Assembly (NCBI GenBank): GCA_030837545.1
Contig: JAUPKI010000006.1
Coordinates: 4,665 to 68,664, forward strand
Direction of reading: 5' to 3'
From: Thermodesulfobacteriota bacterium
GTDB taxonomy: Bacteria; Desulfobacterota; DSM-4660; Desulfatiglandales; Desulfatiglandaceae
Length of the DNA stretch: 64,000 bases
Part shown: positions 49,653 to 57,265 of the stretch, in pieces
Layout of the letters: the number at the start of each line of letters is the position of its first letter
Position numbering within the stretch: position 1 is the first letter of the stretch
The notes under the pieces: model-generated
The model's input: only the letters and a program-made list of their open reading frames with translations
The model's database searches: none
Told to the model about the DNA's origin: nothing
Made by a program: the position numbers and the translations under genes

Positions 49653-50621
49653 ATGTTCGTGCTTGGATTACAGGGGAGCCCGAGGATCAAAGGGAATACG
49701 GCCCTGTTGCTTTCGGCCTTTCTCGCTGAGGCGGAGCGGCTCGGCGTTCGCACAGAAGTCATTCATGTTGCCAAGAAGAAGATCACTCCATGCCAGGAGT
49801 GCGGCACCTGCGAAAAAAAGGGGTTCTGCCCGATTGACGATGACATGCAGGACATGTATCCGCTTTTTCGACAGGCCGACCTCATCGTCCTGGCGACGCC
49901 GATCTTTTTTTATGGCCCGACGGCCCAGATGAAGGCGGTGATCGACCGGTCCCAGGCCCTCTGGTCTCGAAAATACGCCCTCGGGCTGGAGGATCCCGGC
50001 AGGAAGTGGCGGCAGGGGTTCCTCCTTGCCGTGGGCGCTACCAGGGGAAAGAATCTCTTCGAGGGGACCATTCTGACGGCCAAATACTTTTTTGATGCGG
50101 TCGGGGCACGGTTTGAAGGGAGCCTCGGATACCGTCAGATCGAGCATTTGGGCGCCATACAAACCCATCCCACGGCCCTGAGTGATGCGGCGCAAAAGGC
50201 GAGGGAGCTGGTAACGCCTCTTATGGATAGAAAGAAGATTCTCTTCGTATGCACGGAAAACGCCTGCCGAAGCCAGATGGCTGCGGCCTTTGCCCAGATG
50301 CATGCTGGAGACCGGGTGGAGAGCCTCAGCGCAGGGACGGCGCCGGCAGCGGAGGTCAACCCGATCATGGTCGCGGTGATGGCGGAAAAAGGAGTGGACA
50401 TGGCCTATCGGAGGCCGGCGTCCATAGAGAGCGCCCTTGCCAGCGGAAGGCCGGACCTGGTGGTCTCCATGGGGTGCGTGGATGCCTGCCCTCTGTTCCC
50501 CGGCCTCCCTGTCGAACAATGGGGTCTGGCAGACCCAGCGGACCAGCCGATCTCCTTTATGCGGGAGATGCGGGACGCGGTCGAGAAGCGGGTGTTGAAT
50601 ATGCTGGAAACGATATATTAA
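49653..50621 (+). CDS. fusion protein: iron-sulfur flavoprotein-like NAD(P)H-dependent FMN reductase + low-molecular-weight phosphatase/ArsC-type arsenate reductase
   Basis: 322 aa. N-terminal half has GSPRIKGNT and a compact CQECGTCEKKGFC (CX2CX2CX5C) motif. C-terminal half has ILFVCTENACRSQMA (CX5R P-loop) and SMGCVDACP. Confidence 0.85.
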   Translation: MFVLGLQGSPRIKGNTALLLSAFLAEAERLGVRTEVIHVAKKKITPCQECGTCEKKGFCPIDDDMQDMYPLFRQADLIVLATPIFFYGPTAQMKAVIDRSQALWSRKYALGLEDPGRKWRQGFLLAVGATRGKNLFEGTILTAKYFFDAVGARFEGSLGYRQIEHLGAIQTHPTALSDAAQKARELVTPLMDRKKILFVCTENACRSQMAAAFAQMHAGDRVESLSAGTAPAAEVNPIMVAVMAEKGVDMAYRRPASIESALASGRPDLVVSMGCVDACPLFPGLPVEQWGLADPADQPISFMREMRDAVEKRVLNMLETIY

Positions 50622-50646
50622 CTGTCTCGTAATACTGTTGACATTT

Positions 50647-50712
50647 CCGTCATGCCGGACTCGATCCGGCATCCAGAAGCAGACTGGATTCCGGCTTCCG
50701 CCGGAATGACGG
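50647..50712. repeat. 66-bp palindromic element with two sub-hairpins
   Basis: Arms are ccgtcatgccggactcgatccggcatccag and ctggattccggcttccgccggaatgacgg. Each arm folds on itself (CCGGA...TCCGG; CCGGC...GCCGG). Confidence 0.8.
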
Positions 50713-50773
50713 GGTAAGGACAATTATGAGACTGTTAATAAAACCGATAACTACTTGAAAGGAGAGCGACAAT

Positions 50774-50932
50774 ATGGATAAATGGGTGTGTTCGGTATGC
50801 GGCTATGTGTATGATCCTGCAGATGGCGATCCGGATAACGGGGTCAAACCAGGGACAGCATTTGAGGACCTTCCGGATGACTGGACCTGTCCGGTCTGCG
50901 GCGCAACAAAGGATTTGTTTGGAAAGGAGTAA
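50774..50932 (+). CDS. rubredoxin (52 aa; below the ORF-track cutoff)
   Basis: My own translation: [58 protein letters not shown] upstream. The stop lies 3 nt before the FDP gene ATG. Confidence 0.93.
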   Translation: MDKWVCSVCGYVYDPADGDPDNGVKPGTAFEDLPDDWTCPVCGATKDLFGKE

Positions 50933-50935
50933 GAG

Positions 50936-52120
50936 ATGAAACCGGTCGAGATCGCTGAAGGGATTTACTGGGTGGGCGTCATAGACTGGAATATTCGCGA
51001 CTTTCATGGATATTCCACCTATCAGGGAAGCACCTACAACGCCTACCTGATCATGGATGACAAGATCACCCTGATCGATACGGTCAAGAAGCCGTTTGCC
51101 GATGAACTGCTGGCCAATATCGGCGAGATCGTGGACCCGAAGAAGATCGATTATGTCATCAGCAACCACACCGAGATGGATCATTCCGGAGGACTTCCTA
51201 GGGTCATGCACAAGGTTGGAGAGGATAAGCCCCTCTACTGTTCCAAGATGGGGCAGAAGAACCTCTCAAGGCATTTCGCCCAGGCATGGAATTATCGGCC
51301 GGTGGAGGATGGGGGGCAACTCAACCTGGGCAAAAGGACCCTGACGTTCATGGAGACTCGAATGCTCCACTGGCCGGACAGCATGTTTACCTATGTGAAC
51401 GGAGAGGGCATCCTCTTCTCCAGCGATGGGTTTGGCCAGCACTATGCAGGGCTGGAGCGGTTTGACGACCAGGTAGGGGAAGCCATCATGCCCCATGCCA
51501 AGAAGTATTTCGCCAATATCCTGCTCCTGTACGCCCCCCTCATTCTCAAACTGGTGGATAAGGTGACCGAGATGGGCCTATCCATTCGAATGATCTGTCC
51601 TGATCACGGGATCATCTGGCGAACAGACCCTTCGAAGATCATTAAGGCCTATGTGGACTGGAGCGAGCAGAAGCCCAGGAGAAAGGCCGTGGTGGTCTAC
51701 GACACCATGTGGCACAGCACTGAGGCCATGGCCGAGGCCATTGCCAATGCGTTAGGGGAAGAGGGCGTGGATGCCCGACCGCTTCAACTCAGGACCAACC
51801 ACCGAAGCAACGTGATCACCGAGGTTCTGGACGCAGGCGCCGTGGTGGTGGGCTCTCCCACCCTCAACAACGGGCTGTTCCCCACGGTCAGCGATTTTCT
51901 CACCTATATGAAGGGCCTGAAACCCAAGAACAAGATCGGCGCCGCCTTTGGTTCCTACGGCTGGAGCGGCGAGGCGGTTAAGCTGGTCACTAAGGAACTT
52001 GAAGAGATGGGCTTTAGCATCATCGAACCGGGCGTCAGAGTCCAATACGTCCCGGATGACAAGGCCCTGGATGCATGTCGCGAGCTGGCAAAGAAGATCG
52101 CGGCGGCACTGCCGAAATAG
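50936..52120 (+). CDS. flavodiiron protein (rubredoxin:oxygen/NO oxidoreductase, FprA/ROO type)
   Basis: 394 aa. Metallo-beta-lactamase-like domain with the diiron motif HTEMDHSGG and a C-terminal flavodoxin domain (VVVYDTMWHSTE...GSPTLNN). Confidence 0.95.
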   Translation: MKPVEIAEGIYWVGVIDWNIRDFHGYSTYQGSTYNAYLIMDDKITLIDTVKKPFADELLANIGEIVDPKKIDYVISNHTEMDHSGGLPRVMHKVGEDKPLYCSKMGQKNLSRHFAQAWNYRPVEDGGQLNLGKRTLTFMETRMLHWPDSMFTYVNGEGILFSSDGFGQHYAGLERFDDQVGEAIMPHAKKYFANILLLYAPLILKLVDKVTEMGLSIRMICPDHGIIWRTDPSKIIKAYVDWSEQKPRRKAVVVYDTMWHSTEAMAEAIANALGEEGVDARPLQLRTNHRSNVITEVLDAGAVVVGSPTLNNGLFPTVSDFLTYMKGLKPKNKIGAAFGSYGWSGEAVKLVTKELEEMGFSIIEPGVRVQYVPDDKALDACRELAKKIAAALPK

Positions 52121-52122
52121 TA

Positions 52123-52257
52123 GGCGCAAGGCGTGAGGCGCAAGGTGTGGGGCAGGAGGCAAGAGCTGAAAGGTCAAAGCTGAAATCTCAACTAACCGGT
52201 ATCCGCTAACCGGCATCCAGTATCCAGTGTCAAGCATCCAGCAACCCGTATCCAGTT
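52123..52257 (+). repeat. degenerate word repeats (GGCGCAAGG-type, TCAAAGCTGAAA-type, then CATCCAG-type)
   Basis: Read directly between the FDP stop and the cytochrome gene start. Confidence 0.7.
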
Positions 52258-52271
52258 CCGGAGGTGTAAGA

Positions 52272-53573
52272 ATGGAAGAGAAGCGCATTTTTGCATGGAA
52301 GGGCCGAGTTCTGTTGCTGGCGATGATGGGGATGGTGATAATGGCCGCCGGGCAGGTCTTTGCGGAACCACCGCCAAAAACCGAAGACCCATGTATTGTC
52401 TGTCATCTCAAGGCCACGCCTGGTCTGGCGGCCGACTGGCAGGCAAGCCTCCATTCCCAAGAGGGGATCGGCTGTTCCGAGTGTCACGGTGACAAACACC
52501 AGACCAGCAAGGACTCGAACCTCGCCCGGTTACCCGATGAACATGTCTGCGCAGAATGCCATCAGGAGCAGTTTGACCAGTTTGCCAAGGGGAAGCACAA
52601 TCTCGGGTGGAGTTCCTTGAACGCCCTTCCCATCACCCACATGGAGCCGGATATCCTCATGGAAGGGGGAAAGGGATGCGGCGGCTGCCATAACATGGGG
52701 ATCAAGAGCGAGGCCCAGAAAAAAGACCAGTTGGCAAAAGGCTATCGCTACCAGAACAACTCGTGCGATGAGTGCCACACCCGCCACTCCTTCTCCAAGA
52801 AGGAGGCCCAGGATCCCAGGGCCTGCGAGCAGTGTCACATGGGATATGATCACCCCCAGTGGGAAATGTGGAGCAGCTCAAAGCATGGGACCCGCTACTT
52901 TGTGAAGCAGGGAGGCAACCTGCCGCAAAAGGCCCCGGCGCCCACGTGTCAGCTTTGTCACCTGCCAAACGGGACCCACGAAAACCGGACCGCCTGGGGC
53001 TTTCTGGGCGTGCGCCTGCCGTTGCCTGAAGACAAGCAATGGGCCGCCGATCGGGTGACCATTCTCAAGGCCTTAGGTGTTCTGGATCCGGAAACCGGCA
53101 AGCCCACGCCTCGGCTTGAGGCGGTCAAGACCCTTGATCTGGCCCGTCTGACCGAGGAGGCCTGGAAGACCGAGCGGGAGGCCATGGTCAAGCGGTGTAC
53201 GGCCTGTCATGCAGAGCAGTATGCCCGCCGGCAGCTTGAAATGGCCGATGAGATGATGAAACATGCGGACCGGCTGATGGCCCAGGGGATCGAAACTGTG
53301 GCTGGGCTCTACAAGGACGGCACTATCAAAAAGCCGGATCACTATGCCTTCGCCTATCCTGACTTTCTCTACTTCAAGCAGACCGGCGGTTCCTACATCG
53401 ATCAGGTCCTGTTTCGGATGTATATGAAGTACCGTATGCGCGCCTACCAGGGCCTCTTCCATGTCAATCCGGATTATGCCTACTGGTACGGCTGGGCTGC
53501 CATGACCAAGTCCCTTGGCGAGATCAAAGAACTGGCACAAGCCATGCGGGCGACGCACAAGCCCGCCAAGTAA
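52272..53573 (+). CDS. periplasmic octaheme c-type cytochrome, hydroxylamine oxidoreductase (HAO)-like family
   Basis: 433 aa from MEEKRIF (GGAGG upstream). Signal peptide ...MAAGQVFA. Eight CxxCH motifs: CIVCH, CSECH, CAECH, CGGCH, CDECH, CEQCH, CQLCH, CTACH. The spacing and the WSSSKHG motif resemble HAO-family proteins. Confidence 0.85.
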   Translation: MEEKRIFAWKGRVLLLAMMGMVIMAAGQVFAEPPPKTEDPCIVCHLKATPGLAADWQASLHSQEGIGCSECHGDKHQTSKDSNLARLPDEHVCAECHQEQFDQFAKGKHNLGWSSLNALPITHMEPDILMEGGKGCGGCHNMGIKSEAQKKDQLAKGYRYQNNSCDECHTRHSFSKKEAQDPRACEQCHMGYDHPQWEMWSSSKHGTRYFVKQGGNLPQKAPAPTCQLCHLPNGTHENRTAWGFLGVRLPLPEDKQWAADRVTILKALGVLDPETGKPTPRLEAVKTLDLARLTEEAWKTEREAMVKRCTACHAEQYARRQLEMADEMMKHADRLMAQGIETVAGLYKDGTIKKPDHYAFAYPDFLYFKQTGGSYIDQVLFRMYMKYRMRAYQGLFHVNPDYAYWYGWAAMTKSLGEIKELAQAMRATHKPAK

Positions 53574-53606
53574 GACATTTGGTGCAGCCTTTTTTCGTTG
53601 GCTATC

Positions 53607-53680
53607 CCCGTAGGTGCGAATTCATTCGCACAGCGTGGGCCTAACTGCTCTGAATGTGCGGATGAATCTGCACCTACCAG
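53607..53680 (-). repeat. composite REP/BIME-like element, inverted copy of 48735..48806
   Basis: Sequence cccgtaggtgcgaattcattcgcacagcgtgggcctaactgctctgaatgtgcggatgaatctgcacctaccag. Confidence 0.8.
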
Positions 53681-53785
53681 CCCCCGGCGCCTGGTTATTA
53701 GAGGGTCCGAACAACAAACATTACACAGAAAACATTTTCATGAGGTCGGCCACATGAGATTCGCTGATGATGAGGGCGTTCAGGG

Positions 53786-53980
53786 ATGAGGCAGGTCCCG
53801 GTCATTGATATCCGCGAGTGCTCGGATTGCGGGACGTGCCTGGAACTCTGTCCCGCTGTTTTCAGGAGAAATGATGTGTCCGGGTTCATTGAAATCCTGG
53901 AACTTCCCGAATACCCTGAAGATGAGATTCGGGAGGCCATCAGTTGCTGTCCCAGAGATTGTATAACCTGGGAGGAATGA
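53786..53980 (+). CDS. small ferredoxin (single [3Fe-4S]/[4Fe-4S] cluster type)
   Basis: 64 aa. CSDCGTCLELCP ... CCPRDCI. Confidence 0.85.
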   Translation: MRQVPVIDIRECSDCGTCLELCPAVFRRNDVSGFIEILELPEYPEDEIREAISCCPRDCITWEE

Positions 53981-54018
53981 GAGGTGAGGGATGCGACCGA
54001 GAGCGGGGGGAGAGTGAC

Positions 54019-54957
54019 ATGGAGATAGGAATGATCGGTCTGGGACGGATGGGGATGAATATGGCCAAACGTCTCATGATCGGCGGCCACCGGGTGGTGG
54101 CCTATAACCGGACACCCCGAAAGACAGATATTCTGGCGCGGGAGGGGGCTGTCGCCGCCTATTCCCTCGCAGAGTTGGTCGAGAACCTGCCGCCGGCCCG
54201 CGTTGTATGGATCATGCTGCCCGCAGGTCAACCTGTGGACGACCACCTGGATCAGCTCAGAGAGATCCTCTCCCCCGGAGATGTCGTCGTTGATGGGGGA
54301 AACACCTACTACAAAGACGACCTCCGCAGGCGGCCCCTCCTTTCGGAGAAGGGGATCTCTCTGGTGGATGTGGGCGTGAGCGGCGGCATTTGGGGGCTCG
54401 AAAACGGTTACTGCCTGACTGCGGGGGGACCGGCCGATTGTTGCAGGGAAATTGAACCGGTCTTCAAGACCCTTGCGCCTCCGGGCGGCTATCTCTACTG
54501 CGGGGGCACAGGCGCGGGCCACTTTGTCAAAATGGTCCATAACGGCATCGAATACGGGATGATGCAGGCCTTTGGCGAGGGGTTTGAGATCCTTGAGGCC
54601 TCCCCCTATGCGGGCTCGCTGGACCTGGCAGAGGTGGCACGGGTGTGGAATAACGGGAGCGTCATCCGATCGTGGCTCCTGGAGCTGGCCCAGGACCTGT
54701 TCTCAAGAGATGGAGGTCTCACGGATATAGAAGGATATATCGAGGACTCGGGAGAAGGGCGATGGGCTGTTCAGCAGGCGATAGAGACAGGGGTGGCCGC
54801 GCCGGTCATGGCCCTTTCCCTGATCCGCCGGTTGCGCTCACGGAACCAGGCGCCCTTTTCCGACAGGGTCGTTACCGCCCTCAGGAGAGAATTCGGGGGT
54901 CATTCGGTCCAACCGGCGTCATCTGATGAGAGGGAACCCAATGAAGCCGGAAGATGA
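54019..54957 (+). CDS. gnd: 6-phosphogluconate dehydrogenase, decarboxylating (short form)
   Basis: About 312 aa from MEIGMIGLGRMGMNMA (Rossmann motif). Contains GGNTYYKD, VSGGIWG and GAGHFVKMVHNGIEYG. Confidence 0.92.
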   Translation: MEIGMIGLGRMGMNMAKRLMIGGHRVVAYNRTPRKTDILAREGAVAAYSLAELVENLPPARVVWIMLPAGQPVDDHLDQLREILSPGDVVVDGGNTYYKDDLRRRPLLSEKGISLVDVGVSGGIWGLENGYCLTAGGPADCCREIEPVFKTLAPPGGYLYCGGTGAGHFVKMVHNGIEYGMMQAFGEGFEILEASPYAGSLDLAEVARVWNNGSVIRSWLLELAQDLFSRDGGLTDIEGYIEDSGEGRWAVQQAIETGVAAPVMALSLIRRLRSRNQAPFSDRVVTALRREFGGHSVQPASSDEREPNEAGR

Positions 54958-56521
54958 ACAGGCCGATCCCGGGTTGCTGGACTTGGGGACCGCTACGACC
55001 GGGACCGAGCGCTCTATGGCAACGTCCATCGGAGAAAAGGACCCCGAGTCCTTCACCCTTGTGATTATTGGGGCCTCCGGGGACCTCACGGAACGGAAAA
55101 TCGTCCCTGCCCTCTTTGATCTCTACCGCAAGGGGGAGATCCCGGCCCCGTTCCGGGTGGTGGGATGCGCACGGACCCATCTGGACGACCAGGGATTCAG
55201 AGAAAAGATGCGGAAGGCCCTGGGGAAAAAGACCCGTTCGAGCGATGCCGAATGGAAGGCCTTTGCCGAAAGGCTCCACTACTGGTCCATCGACTATTCG
55301 GATGAGTCCTCCTTTGTCGCATTGGGAACATTTCTGAACAGTGGGGTTCAGGGCCAGGGCATGGCGCAGAACCGGATCTTTTATCTGGCCATCCCCCCGT
55401 CCCTCTGTGAGTTGACCGTCGGGATGATCGGACGGTCGGGTCTTGCGGCCGAGGGGACAGAAGGATATGGCTGGTCCAGAATCGTGATTGAAAAGCCGTT
55501 CGGCCGTGATCTGAAAAGCGCTGCAGCCTTAGACAGGAGTCTTCATGAACACTTCAACGAGCATCAGATCTTCAGGATGGATCACTATCTGGCAAAGGAG
55601 ACAGTCCAGAATATCCTGATGTTCCGTTTTGCCAATGCCATCTTTGAGCCCATATGGAATCGACGATATGTGGACAGCGTCACGATCCGGGCGCTGGAGA
55701 CCCTGGGGGTCGAACACAGGGCGGGGTATTATGAACAGGCCGGGGTCCTGCGGGACATGTTCCAGAATCACATGATGCAGCTTCTGGCCCTCATGGCCAT
55801 GGACCCTCCCTCGGCCTTTGAGGCGGACAGGGTCCGGGATGAGAAGGTCAGGGTATATCGAAGCCTCAGGCCGTTTCCGGTGGGAAGGCTGAACGACTAT
55901 CTGATTCTGGGCCAATACGGGCCCGGCGTGGTGCGGGGTAAAGAGGTCCCGGGTTATCGGGAGGAACCGGGTGTCAGACCCACTTCGCTGATCCCGACCT
56001 TTGCATCCATGAGGGTCTTTATTGATAACTGGCGATGGCAGGGCACCCCCTTTTATCTCACTTCAGGGAAGCGGATGGGAGAAAAGGTCACCAATATCAC
56101 CATCCAGTTTAAGGAGGTCCCCCACTCCGTATTCCGAAATGTTCTTGGGGAGCACATCGCCGTCAACTGTCTGACCATGGGGATCTATCCGGACGAGCGG
56201 ATATCTCTCATGTTTCAGACCAAACATCCCGGCCCCCGGGTGTCTCTCACGCCGGTCACCATGGATTTCCGGTATGCCCAGGGCCAGGAAGACGCCCTGA
56301 TGGAGGCATACGAAAAGCTGTTGCTGGACTGCATGCTGGGGGACCAGATGCTGTTTTTGCGTCAGGACAGCGTGGAACTCTGCTGGTCGTTCCTGACGCC
56401 GATCCTGAATGCCTGTGAGACGTGCAGCGACCGGTCGGAAATGCTCCTGTTCTACGAATCCGGGACCCTCGACGCCGAGGCTGTGGAGCGACTGAACCGG
56501 ACCCGGATGGTGGGCATCTGA
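54941..56521 (+). CDS. zwf: glucose-6-phosphate 1-dehydrogenase
   Basis: Motifs GASGDLTERK, RMDHYLAKE and EKPFG. The start is uncertain (54926, 54941 or 55016). Confidence 0.93.
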   Translation: MKPEDEQADPGLLDLGTATTGTERSMATSIGEKDPESFTLVIIGASGDLTERKIVPALFDLYRKGEIPAPFRVVGCARTHLDDQGFREKMRKALGKKTRSSDAEWKAFAERLHYWSIDYSDESSFVALGTFLNSGVQGQGMAQNRIFYLAIPPSLCELTVGMIGRSGLAAEGTEGYGWSRIVIEKPFGRDLKSAAALDRSLHEHFNEHQIFRMDHYLAKETVQNILMFRFANAIFEPIWNRRYVDSVTIRALETLGVEHRAGYYEQAGVLRDMFQNHMMQLLALMAMDPPSAFEADRVRDEKVRVYRSLRPFPVGRLNDYLILGQYGPGVVRGKEVPGYREEPGVRPTSLIPTFASMRVFIDNWRWQGTPFYLTSGKRMGEKVTNITIQFKEVPHSVFRNVLGEHIAVNCLTMGIYPDERISLMFQTKHPGPRVSLTPVTMDFRYAQGQEDALMEAYEKLLLDCMLGDQMLFLRQDSVELCWSFLTPILNACETCSDRSEMLLFYESGTLDAEAVERLNRTRMVGI

Positions 56522-56580
56522 TGGCTCATGGCTGATAGCTCATGGACAGAGCAGCTTATCAGCTCAACAGCTTATGAACT
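56521..56580 (+). repeat. degenerate word repeats (GCTCATGG / AGCTTATSA type) after the zwf stop
   Basis: Read directly: atggctcatggctgatagctcatggacagagcagcttatcagctcaacagcttatgaac. Confidence 0.6.
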
Positions 56581-56621
56581 TACCATCTTTTTTGCCTGGC
56601 AGTCAGAGGACCCGAACCTCT

Positions 56622-57149
56622 ATGGCCGACCCTCACGAACATATGCTCGGCCCTGCCCAATTCCTGGTGGAAAACGTGGACCTGTTGCCAAGGGGGCGGG
56701 CCCTGGATCTGGCCATGGGGTACGGCCGCAATGCAATCTTCCTGGCCCGGGCGGGTTTTGAGGTGGAAGGGATTGATATTTCACCAGAGGCCACGGCCGG
56801 GGCCTTGAAGGCCGCAAATGAGGCCGGGGCTCGCCTGAGCGTTCGCGTGGCCGATCTGGAGGACGGCTACGTGATTGAACCGGGGGCCTATGATGTGATC
56901 ATCTGCTTCAATTATCTCCATCGGGCCTTGATCCCTGAGATAAGGAAAGGCCTTCGCAGCCGCGGGATGGTGGTGTACGAAACCTTCATCGTGGATCAGG
57001 CCCGATTTGGCAGGCCCAGGAATACGGATCACCTGCTTAAGCATAATGAACTGCTGGATCTGTTTCGTGATTTCCGCTGTCTCCGGTATCATGAGGGGTT
57101 GATGGAGACCCACAGGGCCGTTGCCGGCATCATAGCGGAAAAACCCTGA
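56622..57149 (+). CDS. class I SAM-dependent methyltransferase (TehB-like)
   Basis: About 175 aa from MADPHEH. SAM motif I ALDLAMGYGRNAIFLARAGFEVEGIDIS and post-I/II pattern YDVIICFNYLHR. The track ORF starts at 56574. Confidence 0.8.
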   Translation: MADPHEHMLGPAQFLVENVDLLPRGRALDLAMGYGRNAIFLARAGFEVEGIDISPEATAGALKAANEAGARLSVRVADLEDGYVIEPGAYDVIICFNYLHRALIPEIRKGLRSRGMVVYETFIVDQARFGRPRNTDHLLKHNELLDLFRDFRCLRYHEGLMETHRAVAGIIAEKP

Positions 57150-57265
57150 TGCAGAATAACCGCAACCCATCCCGCCAATATAGGCGGGACTCACACAAAG
57201 ACACGAAGACCCAACGTTTTTATAACCACATGCATTTGTTCCTAAAACACAGGAGGTAAGCAACC

